Shown here piece after piece: positions 27,017 through 36,006 of a stretch of 64,000 bases of DNA. How positions within the stretch are numbered: position 1 is the first letter of the stretch; the number at the start of each line of letters is the position of its first letter. Location: contig CAZDXB010000002.1 of the NCBI GenBank assembly GCA_964509335.1, positions 58,253-122,252 on the forward strand, in the 5' to 3' direction. Made by a program: the position numbers and the translations under genes. The notes beneath the pieces are model-generated. The model had not been told where the DNA came from. It made no database searches and saw only the letters and a program-made list of their open reading frames with translations. Source of the stretch: an uncultured Hyphomicrobiales bacterium. GTDB lineage: Bacteria; Bacteroidota; Ignavibacteria; Kapaibacteriales; UBA2268.

Positions 27017-28510
27017 ATGGAAAGGCAATTTAAAGAATTGATCGAATCGCTGATTAGGGCGACTCCCGGCTGGGCGGCTTATTTCGCCTCCGACGGCGAG
27101 TGGAAATATCCGCCTCATCTGGCGTTATTAGACAGATTGCTCGTTAAGATTTGCAGGAGGGAAATCGACAGGCTCGTCGTAAATATGCCGCCGCGTCACG
27201 GTAAATCGGAGCTTATATCAAAATATCTGCCTTTTTGGACATTGGGGAGCGCGCCTTCGACAAGGATAATCCTAACGAGCTACGGCGCTAAATTATCCGA
27301 AACTTTCGGATTGAAAGCGAGGGAGCTAATCAAAACCGACGGAGCGTATTTGTTCAATCGAAAAATCAATGCGGCGGAGCGGTCGGTCGCGAGATTCGGG
27401 CTACAAGACGAAAGCGGCGGGATGGATTGTTTAGGAGCCGGCGGGGCGATTACCGGCAAAGGCGCGGATTTACTATTAATAGACGACCCCATCAAAAACG
27501 ACGCCCAAGCTAACTCGCCGGTAATTCGCGAAAAATTGTGGGAGTGGTTTCTCTCTACCGCTCTCACAAGACTGGAACCGGGCGGCGCGGTAATAGTTAT
27601 AGCGACGCGCTGGAACGAAGACGATTTATGCGGCAGAATCGAGAAGAATTTCGACTGCGTCTATCTCGACAATTTCCGCTCGCTCGATTTTACGCTGGAA
27701 TCGGATGAATGGTTAATTACGAAACTGCCCGTTATCGCCGCGTCCGACGATATTAGCGGCAGGAAGGAAGGCGAAACGCTCTGGAAAGAAAGATTTAGCG
27801 TTTCGGATATATTGAAAAGAAAAGAAGCGTTAGGCTCGTATTGGTTTTCCGCTCTTTACCAACAAAGTCCCGCGCCTTTGGACGGCGGCATATTCAAAAG
27901 AAGTTTTTTCAAATATTTCGAGGAGGACGAGGAATTTTATTATTTAGTAACGGACGATTCCAAACGAACGGCGGCGAAATCCGATTGCCCGATTTACGCC
28001 GTTCTAGATTTGGCGGTAACGACTAAGGAGACGTCCGATTACACGGTTGCCTTAATTTTCGCGCTAACGCCAAGGCGAGACGCGTTGGTTCTTGAAGTAA
28101 TCCGCGAGCGATTCGAAGGCGCCGACCACGTTAAAGCTCTCGAGAATATATATAATCGCTGGAATCCGTCGCTGATAGGCATTGAGAGTTCGCAGTACCA
28201 ACTGTCGCTCGTGCAAAGCGCTTTGCGGCTCGGACTTCCGGCTAAAGAGCTGAAACCGGATAAGGACAAAGTATCTAGAGCGCTGCCTATGCAAGCGCGC
28301 TTGGAAGCGGGCAAAGTGTATTTTAAAAGGCGCGCGCATTGGCTCGACGCTTTCGAAAACGAACTGCTGAATTTTCCGAGAGGCGAACGCGACGACCAAG
28401 TTGACGCTTTCGCCTATATTTCGTATTTAATTCCCGAAGCGAGAGGCGTCGAACCGGTCGGCAATCAAATTAAGCGAAATAACAAGAGGAAAGTAACGAC
28501 GGGTTTTTGA
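27017..28510 (+). CDS. Phage terminase large subunit (TerL)-like protein, orphan
   Basis: 497 aa. Walker A is MPPRHGKSE, Walker B is DLLLIDDP, and the coupling motif is IATRWNEDD. The C-terminal RNaseH-like nuclease has acidic residues (AVLDLAV ... GERDDQVDAF). No small terminase, portal or capsid gene lies adjacent. Confidence 0.8.
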   Translation: MERQFKELIESLIRATPGWAAYFASDGEWKYPPHLALLDRLLVKICRREIDRLVVNMPPRHGKSELISKYLPFWTLGSAPSTRIILTSYGAKLSETFGLKARELIKTDGAYLFNRKINAAERSVARFGLQDESGGMDCLGAGGAITGKGADLLLIDDPIKNDAQANSPVIREKLWEWFLSTALTRLEPGGAVIVIATRWNEDDLCGRIEKNFDCVYLDNFRSLDFTLESDEWLITKLPVIAASDDISGRKEGETLWKERFSVSDILKRKEALGSYWFSALYQQSPAPLDGGIFKRSFFKYFEEDEEFYYLVTDDSKRTAAKSDCPIYAVLDLAVTTKETSDYTVALIFALTPRRDALVLEVIRERFEGADHVKALENIYNRWNPSLIGIESSQYQLSLVQSALRLGLPAKELKPDKDKVSRALPMQARLEAGKVYFKRRAHWLDAFENELLNFPRGERDDQVDAFAYISYLIPEARGVEPVGNQIKRNNKRKVTTGF

Positions 28511-28666
28511 ATGGGCGCGGCGTTATGATAGCTTCCTCTCTCTCCCGCGGCGCCAACATCGCCCTATGTTTTTCTTTCTACAGCGCCGCGCTCGACAAAA
28601 AATATAGAAAAATCCACGCTTCTTCAAATTTCCTATGAAATACGCCGTCTTTAAGTAAAAAAATCT

Positions 28667-29449
28667 ATGAAAATAGCGATTTCATATACGCCGAACCCGA
28701 TTAATATTAACGATTTAATATATCGAATTCTACGCGACAACAAAAATAAAATCGTAGGAGTCGTCGCTACAGAAGGCTCTAAAATCAAAAAACGCAAATT
28801 GATAGATAAAATCGACTACTATTTGGGTATGATGTTAATCATAGGTCCTTTCGCCGCTCTTAATAGCGTATTTAAAATAATGAAAGACAAAACCAAAAAA
28901 GACCGCAGAATAGAGAAATTCTGTAAAGCCAACGGCATAAAGCTTATCAAAGTGAAAACTATAAACGGCGAAACGGCGAAGAACTTCCTAAAAGAACTTA
29001 AACCGGACTTGATTTTCAACCAAGCTCACCACATAATCAAACGAGACGTCATAGATATTCCGCTAATCGGCGTTCTAAACATTCACGGCGGAACTTTGCC
29101 GAAATATCGCGGGGCGTTCACTTCCTTTTGGCAACTCTACAACGAGGAAGAACGCCGCGGAATCTGCTACCATCTCCTCGACGAAAAACTCGACAGCGGA
29201 CCGATAGTTTACCAAGAAGAAATCCCGATAAACAACAGCGACACCGTAAACAAACTCATTAAACAGAAATTCGACGTCGGAGTAAAACTCTTCTCGAAAG
29301 TAATAGACTTACTTAGCCGCGACGACTGGAAAGAGCGGCTAATCAAAAACGACGACGAAAACGCCGGCTACTATACTTTCCCCAACTTCAAGCAAGCGCT
29401 GCAATACCGGCTGCGCAGAATAAAATATTTTTCGAAGGTTAAATTTTAA
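28667..29449 (+). CDS. Formyltransferase-domain protein (Fmt/ArnA N-terminal-like)
   Basis: 260 aa with LNIHGGTLPKYRG (the H-x-x-x-LP-x-x-RG motif) and LDEKLDSGPI. No Fmt C-terminal tRNA-binding domain is evident. Confidence 0.7.
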   Translation: MKIAISYTPNPININDLIYRILRDNKNKIVGVVATEGSKIKKRKLIDKIDYYLGMMLIIGPFAALNSVFKIMKDKTKKDRRIEKFCKANGIKLIKVKTINGETAKNFLKELKPDLIFNQAHHIIKRDVIDIPLIGVLNIHGGTLPKYRGAFTSFWQLYNEEERRGICYHLLDEKLDSGPIVYQEEIPINNSDTVNKLIKQKFDVGVKLFSKVIDLLSRDDWKERLIKNDDENAGYYTFPNFKQALQYRLRRIKYFSKVKF

Positions 29450-29774
29450 ATGGCAGATAACCAAACTCACTCCAACAAAATCATCTTTATCGTTCCGTTG
29501 AATGATTCGCCGACTAACCTGCAGTTAACTCTGTCGAAAAATCGCTAAATTTATCATATTATATTATTCGCCGACATTACGCTCTGACAATTTGACGCTA
29601 ATAAATATGACCGAGAAAAATTGTCGTTCTTTTAACCCGCTATGCTGTCAAAAACTTACTTATATATGACATAAATGCAGGAATTTTCTTTTGGCACGCT
29701 TTTCGTATAGTAGGGAAAACAAATGTCGGAAATGAAAAATAAAAATGATTTACATAACAAAGGAGGAATAAATA

Positions 29775-30212
29775 ATGACTTTAATAAGATTTGAACCGCA
29801 CAGAAGCTTCGAAAAGCTAAGCAAAAGGCTTAACGAGCTTAGCGACGAGATGGAAAAAGGCGTGAGCTTCGAAATTGGCGGATTTAATCCGAGAATAGAC
29901 ATTACCGAAGACGACGAACATTTATTCATAGACGCCGAATTGCCCGGCGTTGATAAAAAGAACGTGAAAATTTCGGTAAACGAAGATAGAATGCTGACCA
30001 TAAGAGGAGAAAAAGAGAAAACCAAAAAAGCGAAAGAGAAAAACTATCACAGAACCGAAAGAGTTTTCGGCGAGTTTGAACGCTCGTTCCAAATGCCCGA
30101 AAACTTGGATTTGGAGAAAATCAACGCTAAATACGACGACGGCGTGCTTAAGGTCTCGATACCTAAGGTAGAGCCGCCAAAACCGAAAGAAATCAACATC
30201 GACGTTGAATAA
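29775..30212 (+). CDS. Small heat-shock protein (Hsp20/alpha-crystallin)
   Basis: 145 aa with the alpha-crystallin core (PRIDITEDDEHLFIDAELPGV ... ERVFGEFERSFQMPENL ... AKYDDGVLKVSIPK). A strong GGAGG lies upstream. Confidence 0.9.
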   Translation: MTLIRFEPHRSFEKLSKRLNELSDEMEKGVSFEIGGFNPRIDITEDDEHLFIDAELPGVDKKNVKISVNEDRMLTIRGEKEKTKKAKEKNYHRTERVFGEFERSFQMPENLDLEKINAKYDDGVLKVSIPKVEPPKPKEINIDVE

Positions 30213-30262
30213 ATTATCGACAATAAAATAAATATTAATCATAAATAAAAGAGGTGAGAACA

Positions 30263-30709
30263 ATGGCTGCAGTAGGATTTAATCCATTTTGGGAATTTCA
30301 AAACGCAATGCGCAACTTAGGCAAGTATATGAGTAGCGAAGCGCCCGCGGATTACAAACCGCGCGTCGAGGTCGGCGACTTCAAGCCCAGAGTAGATATA
30401 ACCGAAGACGACAACGCTCTTTATTTCGACGCGGAAATACCGGGCGTTAAGAAAGACGACATCAAGGTTTCCGTAAACGAACATAACATCTTGTCCATCA
30501 AAGGCGAGAAGAAATTCGACCGAGAAAAAGACGTCAAGACTTGTTGCAGAAACGAAAGAAGCTACGGCGAATTCGCCCGCTCTTTCCAACTGCCGGACAA
30601 CGTAAATTCGGACGACGTAAAAGCTAATTACGAAAAAGGAATCCTGACCTTGAAAATCGCAAAGAAAGAACCGGAAAAACCGAAAGAGAAGGAAGTATCT
30701 ATTGATTAG
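30263..30709 (+). CDS. Small heat-shock protein (Hsp20/alpha-crystallin), second paralog
   Basis: I prefer the ATG at 30263 (AGAGGTGA upstream) to the GTG at 30254. Core blocks are PRVDITEDDNALYFDAEIPGV and ANYEKGILTLKIAK. Confidence 0.9.
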   Translation: MAAVGFNPFWEFQNAMRNLGKYMSSEAPADYKPRVEVGDFKPRVDITEDDNALYFDAEIPGVKKDDIKVSVNEHNILSIKGEKKFDREKDVKTCCRNERSYGEFARSFQLPDNVNSDDVKANYEKGILTLKIAKKEPEKPKEKEVSID

Positions 30710-30735
30710 TTATACAAACGAGAAAAAAAGACGCG

Positions 30736-30766
30736 GAAGCAAAAGGGTTTTTAGCTCTTTTGCTTC
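30736..30766 (+). terminator. 10-bp hairpin between hsp20 and dnaK (terminator/attenuator candidate)
   Basis: GAAGCAAAAG (30736-30745) pairs with CTTTTGCTTC (30757-30766). There is no clean T-run. Confidence 0.45.
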
Positions 30767-30817
30767 TGTCGCTATAAATTTTATTAGAAAACAATTTAAA
30801 AAAGGAGGCTGTTTATT

Positions 30818-32773
30818 ATGGGTAAAGTTATAGGAATTGACTTAGGAACTACAAACTCGGTTGTCGCCGTGATGGAGGGTAGCTCTCCAAACGTGATAGC
30901 CAACACCGAGGGAGCTAGAACGACTCCTTCGATGGTCGGCTTTAGCAAAGACGGCGAACGTTTGGTAGGACAAGCGGCGAAAAGACAAGCCGTTACTAAT
31001 CCGAACAAAACCGTGTTCTCAATAAAACGATTTATGGGCAGGAGACCCGAGGAAGTTGACGAAGAAAACAAAATGGTGCCTTTCGAAGTAGCCCCTTCCG
31101 ACGACGGCAACTCCGTAAAAGTTAAAATCGACGATAGGCAGTATTCCCCGCCTGAAATTTCGGCGATGGTGCTTAAGAAAATGAAACAAACGGCTGAAGA
31201 CTACTTAGGCCAAAAAGTAGAAGAAGCCGTAATCACCGTCCCCGCTTACTTTAACGATTCGCAACGACAAGCGACAAAAGACGCCGGCGAAATTGCCGGA
31301 TTGAAGGTTCGCAGAATAATCAACGAACCAACAGCCGCCGCTTTGTCCTACGGATTGGACAAAAAAGGCGAGAATATGACTGTAGCCGTTTTCGACCTCG
31401 GCGGAGGAACTTTCGACATTTCGATTCTCGAAATTGGCGACGGAGTTTTCGAAGTTAAATCCACCAACGGAGACACCCACTTGGGCGGAGACAACTTCGA
31501 CAAACGATTGATTGATTACCTCGCCGACGAATTCAACAAGCAAGAGGGAATCGACTTGCGCAAAGACCCGATGGCTCTCCAAAGATTGAGAGAAGCCGCC
31601 GAGAAAGCGAAAATCGAGCTTTCGCAAAGTCTGCAAACGGACGTCAACTTGCCTTTCGTTACCGCGACGCAGGACGGTCCGAAACACTTGGACATAAAAA
31701 TAACAAGAGCGAAATTCGAAAGTCTCTGCGAAGACTTATTCAATAAAACAAAAGCGCCTATTGAAAAAGCGCTTAAAGACGCCGGAATCTCGTCTAGCGA
31801 AGTTGACCAAGTAATTTTGGTCGGCGGTTCGACGAGAATCCCCAAAATTCAAGGAATAGTCAAAGACTACTTCGGCAAAGACCCCTCCAAAGGCGTAAAT
31901 CCGGACGAAGTCGTCGCCATCGGCGCGGCTATTCAAGCCGGAGTCCTCGCCGGAGACGTCGAAGACGTATTGCTCTTGGACGTTACGCCGCTTACGCTCG
32001 GAATCGAAACGCTAGGAGGCGTATTTACACCTATGATTCCGGCAAACACGACAATACCGACGAAGAAAACAGAAATCTTCTCCACGGCGGCGGACAGTCA
32101 AACTTCGGTAGAAATACACGCTCTTCAGGGCGAACGCTCCATGGCGAAAGACAACCGTTCGCTCGGCAGATTCCATCTCGACGGAATTCCCCCCGCTCCA
32201 AGAGGAGTGCCGCAAGTCGAAGTAACCTTCGACATAGACGCCAACGGTATTTTATCGGTTTACGCTAAAGACAAAGCGACCGGTAAAGAACAGAATATCC
32301 GCATAGAAGCGTCGAGCGGACTTTCCAAAGAAGAAGTCGAGCAAATGAAACAAGAAGCCGAAAAGCACGCCGCCGAAGACAAGAAGCGCAAAGAAGAAAT
32401 CGATATGAGAAATCAAGCGGACAATTTAGTCCACTCGACTAACAAACAACTCGAAGAGCTTGGAGACAAACTAAAACCCGAACAGAAACAGAAAATCGAA
32501 GACGCGAAATCCAAGCTCGAAGAAGCCATTAAGAATAATCCCGAACAGATTCGCTCCGCTATGGACGAGCTTAACAAAGTCTGGAGCGAAGCTTCTTCGA
32601 CAATTTACGAAGGAGCTCAAGGAGCGCAAGGCGCCGGCGGTCCAGAAGCCGAAGCGCAAGGTCAAGCGCAAAAAGAGCAAGCCAAAGAAGAAAAGAAAGA
32701 CGAGAACGTCGAAGAAGCCGACTACACAATAGTGGACGACGACGAGAAGAAAGACGACAAAGACGAGAAGTAA
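30818..32773 (+). CDS. dnaK: Molecular chaperone DnaK (Hsp70)
   Basis: 651 aa with [17 protein letters not shown] and [11 protein letters not shown], plus an acidic C-terminal tail. Confidence 0.98.
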   Translation: MGKVIGIDLGTTNSVVAVMEGSSPNVIANTEGARTTPSMVGFSKDGERLVGQAAKRQAVTNPNKTVFSIKRFMGRRPEEVDEENKMVPFEVAPSDDGNSVKVKIDDRQYSPPEISAMVLKKMKQTAEDYLGQKVEEAVITVPAYFNDSQRQATKDAGEIAGLKVRRIINEPTAAALSYGLDKKGENMTVAVFDLGGGTFDISILEIGDGVFEVKSTNGDTHLGGDNFDKRLIDYLADEFNKQEGIDLRKDPMALQRLREAAEKAKIELSQSLQTDVNLPFVTATQDGPKHLDIKITRAKFESLCEDLFNKTKAPIEKALKDAGISSSEVDQVILVGGSTRIPKIQGIVKDYFGKDPSKGVNPDEVVAIGAAIQAGVLAGDVEDVLLLDVTPLTLGIETLGGVFTPMIPANTTIPTKKTEIFSTAADSQTSVEIHALQGERSMAKDNRSLGRFHLDGIPPAPRGVPQVEVTFDIDANGILSVYAKDKATGKEQNIRIEASSGLSKEEVEQMKQEAEKHAAEDKKRKEEIDMRNQADNLVHSTNKQLEELGDKLKPEQKQKIEDAKSKLEEAIKNNPEQIRSAMDELNKVWSEASSTIYEGAQGAQGAGGPEAEAQGQAQKEQAKEEKKDENVEEADYTIVDDDEKKDDKDEK

Positions 32774-32798
32774 TCGGTAAATACGATTCGAATAAATA

Positions 32799-32828
32799 AA
32801 AGGGCGGTTCTTTAACCGCCCTTTTTTA
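32799..32828 (+). terminator. Rho-independent terminator of dnaK
   Basis: GGGCGGTT-CTTT-AACCGCCC is followed by TTTTTT. Confidence 0.9.
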
Positions 32829-32892
32829 TTTCATAACAAAAATTAAAATAATACGGCAACAAAATAGTTTCTAATCTTAGGTTGATTGAAAA

Positions 32893-33477
32893 ATGGAGTT
32901 AGAAATGGCTAGAATGCCTATATACAATAGTTTTCATCCAATTCTTAACAAAAAGACGGAGCCGATAAAAAATATCGACGGCGAAACCAAACAACTGGTT
33001 GACGATATGTTCGTAACTATGTATAACTCCGACGGCATCGGCTTAGCCGCAAACCAAGTCGGCGTATCGAAATCATTGGTAATCATTGACGTTTCACCTT
33101 CGCTGGACAACGGAACAAAAGAAGCTCCCATAGTAATGATAAATCCCGTCATACAAAACTTCTCAGAAGAAGAAAACGAGTTCAAAGAAGGTTGCTTAAG
33201 CGTGCCGTTGTTCTACGAGAAAGTAATCAGACCCGCGCAAATAAATATAAAATACTACGACCTTAACGGCAAAGAACACAATCGCGAAGCCGACGGAATA
33301 TTAGCGACCGTTATGCAACACGAAGTTGACCATCTAAGCGGAACGCTGTTCTACGAAAAACTAACTCCTATCCGCCGCTCGCTGGCGAAAAACAAATTGA
33401 AAAAAATCAAAAAAGGAAAAACTATTCCCGATTACCCTATGGTTCTGCCGGACGGAACCGAGACGAAAGAGATTTAA
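32893..33477 (+). CDS. def: Peptide deformylase
   Basis: Contains the motifs GIGLAANQVG, EGCLSVP and QHEVDHL. The exact start is uncertain (ATGs at 32893, 32905 and 32914). Confidence 0.9.
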   Translation: MELEMARMPIYNSFHPILNKKTEPIKNIDGETKQLVDDMFVTMYNSDGIGLAANQVGVSKSLVIIDVSPSLDNGTKEAPIVMINPVIQNFSEEENEFKEGCLSVPLFYEKVIRPAQINIKYYDLNGKEHNREADGILATVMQHEVDHLSGTLFYEKLTPIRRSLAKNKLKKIKKGKTIPDYPMVLPDGTETKEI

Positions 33478-33504
33478 AGCTAGCGACTGTATTTTTTAAA
33501 ATCC

Positions 33505-33789
33505 TTAATCCCCAAAATCTATCGGCAGGTTGAACTTCCTGATTAATTTCGGAATTTTCGCTTTCTTTTGGTCGAGTATAAAACTATAATGAAGCCTGTT
33601 ATCTAAATTGCCGAGAATCTTGTAAGCTTCCAAAACTTCTTTGAATTTACTCAGAGATTCAGCGTCGTTGGGCTTCATATCCGGATGATATTTCTTCGCT
33701 AATAGTTGAAACGCGTCTTTTATCTCTTTCGAGCTCGCGCTTCTGTCAACTCCAAGTATTTTATAGTAATTTTTGAGTTTCATCGCCAA
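33505..33789 (-). CDS. J-domain-only protein (DnaJ-like co-chaperone)
   Basis: 94 aa reading YYKILGVDRSASSKEIKDAFQLLAKKYHPDM, with an HPD motif. It has no Gly/Phe or Zn-finger regions. It lies 31 nt downstream of flhA on the same strand. Confidence 0.8.
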   Translation of the reverse strand: MAMKLKNYYKILGVDRSASSKEIKDAFQLLAKKYHPDMKPNDAESLSKFKEVLEAYKILGNLDNRLHYSFILDQKKAKIPKLIRKFNLPIDFGD

Positions 33790-33820
33790 ACTTTAATCTT
33801 TTTCCGTCAACTCATTTATA

Positions 33821-35962
33821 TCAAAAAGCTCTTTCTAAATTAAGATTCACCGCTCCGGTTATTTCCAAATCCGCGTCGGGCGGCAATTCGGTGTAACTTA
33901 TCACTTTTACCATCGGAAACTGATTGCGAATCAATCTATAAAAATACGGTCTAATTTGAGCCGAACAAATCACCACCGGCAATCTGCCCGCTAAAGTTAT
34001 TTCGTCTATGGCTTTCGACATATTCTCGCGTATCGTTTTTATCGTATCCGGCGCCAATCCCAGCGATAAACTCGGCGGCTCGCCGCTTCCCGACTGAAGC
34101 GCTTTCGTCATCGTCTCTTCCACTCCCGGGTCTAAGGCTACAGCGTGTATTACCCCATTCTCGTCCGAATACAACTTGCTTATCGTCTCCGAAATATTAT
34201 GCCGCACGTATTCCGTCAGCACGTCCGGGTTTTGCGAAGTTTTATAATACTCGAGCAACGATTCGACAATCAAAGGCATATCCTTTATCGGTATTCCTTC
34301 CTTCAACAGGTTCTGCAGGACTTTCTGCAGTACGGCAATCGGCAGGTTATCCGGCTTAATTTCCTCCACGAGAGCGGGGTAATCCTGCTTCAAATTATCG
34401 ACGAGCTTTTGAACGTCCTGTCTGGTCAACAGCTTATCGGCGTTGTCTTTTAGTATTTCGGTTAAGTGAGTCGTCAGAACGGTCGCCGATTCAACCACCG
34501 TATAACCTTTTATTTCCGCGTTCTCCCTCGCGGCGAAATTAATCCAAGTCGCCGGCAATCCGAACACCGGTTCGGTTACGTTTATTCCCTCCAAATCGCC
34601 TTCCGCCGTTCCCGGGTCCATAGCCAAGAGCATATTCGGATGCAGCGCGTTTTTCGCCGCTTCGTTGCTCCTGATTTTAATTACGTATTCGTCCGGCTCC
34701 AGCTTCAAATTATCCCTCACCCGAACGGGCGGCAGAATAATTCCCAGCTCAATCGCTAACTGTCTCCTGACGTTCGTTATTCGCTTAAACAAATCGCCGC
34801 CTTGCGCCTCGTCCACAAGCGATATAAGATTATAGCCCAATTCAATTTCGACCGGATCCACCTTAAGCAACTCTTCGACCGGTTTTTCTTCCGGTTTCTC
34901 GGCTTTCTCCGCTTCCGCCATCTCTTTTTTAAGCTCTTCGTCGGCTTTTATTTTCATAGCTTTCGAGCGTGAATAAGCAATAAACCCCGTTACCAACGCA
35001 AGCAACAAAAACGGCGTCGGCGGAAATCCCGGGAGAACAGCCAAAAGAACCATCGCCACGGCGGCTACTATTAACGCTCTCGGCTTGGAAGTGAACTGCC
35101 TCGTTATCTCGTCGTCCAAATCCGACGTAGCCGCCGAACGAGTTACAACCATACCTGCTGACACTGAAATTAACAACGAAGGAATTTGCGACACCAAACC
35201 GTCGCCTATCGTTAATATGGTATAAGTGGATAACGCCGTAGAAATATCCATCTCCAGTTGCGCCATACCCACCGCGAAACCGCCGATAATATTAATCAGC
35301 GTTATCACCAGAGCGGCTATTGCGTCTCCTTTAATAAACTTAGCGGCGCCGTCCATAGCCCCGTAAAAATCGGACTCTTGCGTCAGCGCTTCGCGCCGTT
35401 CTTTCGCAGCTTGTTCGTCTATATAACCGGCGTTTAAGTCGGCGTCTATGCTCATTTGCTTACCCGGCAAAGCGTCCAAAGTAAATCTTGCGGCGACCTC
35501 CGCTATTCTCGTCGAACCCTTGATAACGACAACATAATTAATTATCAGCAAAATCAGGAATATAATAATACCGACGACGTAATTTCCTTTGATAACAAAC
35601 GAGCCGAAAGCCCCGATGATTTCGCCCGCGTAGGCTTCCCCCAGAATTAGGCGCGTGGAGGCTACGTTCAGCCCCAGTCTAAAAAGCGTCGCTATTAATA
35701 ATATAGTCGGAAAAGAAGAAAACTCCAGCGGGCTTACTAAATACACCGCCACCATTAATATCAAAACGGCGAACGCCAAATTCAAAGCGAGCATCATATC
35801 CAGCATAGCCGAATGAACCGGTATAATCAGCAATCCGATAATCAACAAAACGCCGAGCGCAATAATCACGTCCCTGCTTCTGCCCACTATAGGACCCAAA
35901 GCGTTCTTAACCCGATTAAACGCCGGCGAATTTGTTAACCCTATGTTTCCTTCTTTTGCCAT
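33821..35962 (-). CDS. flhA: Flagellar export apparatus protein FlhA
   Basis: 713 aa. It has an N-terminal 8-TM region (FPTILLIATLFRLGLNVASTRLIL) and a cytoplasmic C-terminal domain. Confidence 0.95.
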   Translation of the reverse strand: MAKEGNIGLTNSPAFNRVKNALGPIVGRSRDVIIALGVLLIIGLLIIPVHSAMLDMMLALNLAFAVLILMVAVYLVSPLEFSSFPTILLIATLFRLGLNVASTRLILGEAYAGEIIGAFGSFVIKGNYVVGIIIFLILLIINYVVVIKGSTRIAEVAARFTLDALPGKQMSIDADLNAGYIDEQAAKERREALTQESDFYGAMDGAAKFIKGDAIAALVITLINIIGGFAVGMAQLEMDISTALSTYTILTIGDGLVSQIPSLLISVSAGMVVTRSAATSDLDDEITRQFTSKPRALIVAAVAMVLLAVLPGFPPTPFLLLALVTGFIAYSRSKAMKIKADEELKKEMAEAEKAEKPEEKPVEELLKVDPVEIELGYNLISLVDEAQGGDLFKRITNVRRQLAIELGIILPPVRVRDNLKLEPDEYVIKIRSNEAAKNALHPNMLLAMDPGTAEGDLEGINVTEPVFGLPATWINFAARENAEIKGYTVVESATVLTTHLTEILKDNADKLLTRQDVQKLVDNLKQDYPALVEEIKPDNLPIAVLQKVLQNLLKEGIPIKDMPLIVESLLEYYKTSQNPDVLTEYVRHNISETISKLYSDENGVIHAVALDPGVEETMTKALQSGSGEPPSLSLGLAPDTIKTIRENMSKAIDEITLAGRLPVVICSAQIRPYFYRLIRNQFPMVKVISYTELPPDADLEITGAVNLNLERAF

Positions 35963-36006
35963 ATCTCAGAATCTCGCCCTTAAAGCAATTATTTTGCCGA
36001 GATTTT

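Noticed and set aside
28511-28666. A possible portal-gene remnant directly after TerL.
   Set aside because: Only a 5-codon ORF (MGAAL*) follows, and I could read no portal-like translation in any frame.
29450-29548. 32-codon ORF (MADNQTHSNKIIFIVPLNDSPTNLQLTLSKNR) starting right after the formyltransferase stop.
   Set aside because: It has no RBS, no recognisable family, and composition typical of non-coding DNA. It cannot be supported from sequence alone.
29691-29707. Possible sigma-54 promoter TTGGCACGCTTTTCGTA upstream of hsp20.
   Set aside because: The -24 element is perfect, but the -12 GC dinucleotide is missing (GT at that position). No enhancer-binding protein gene lies nearby. It is kept only as a note within the heat-shock finding.
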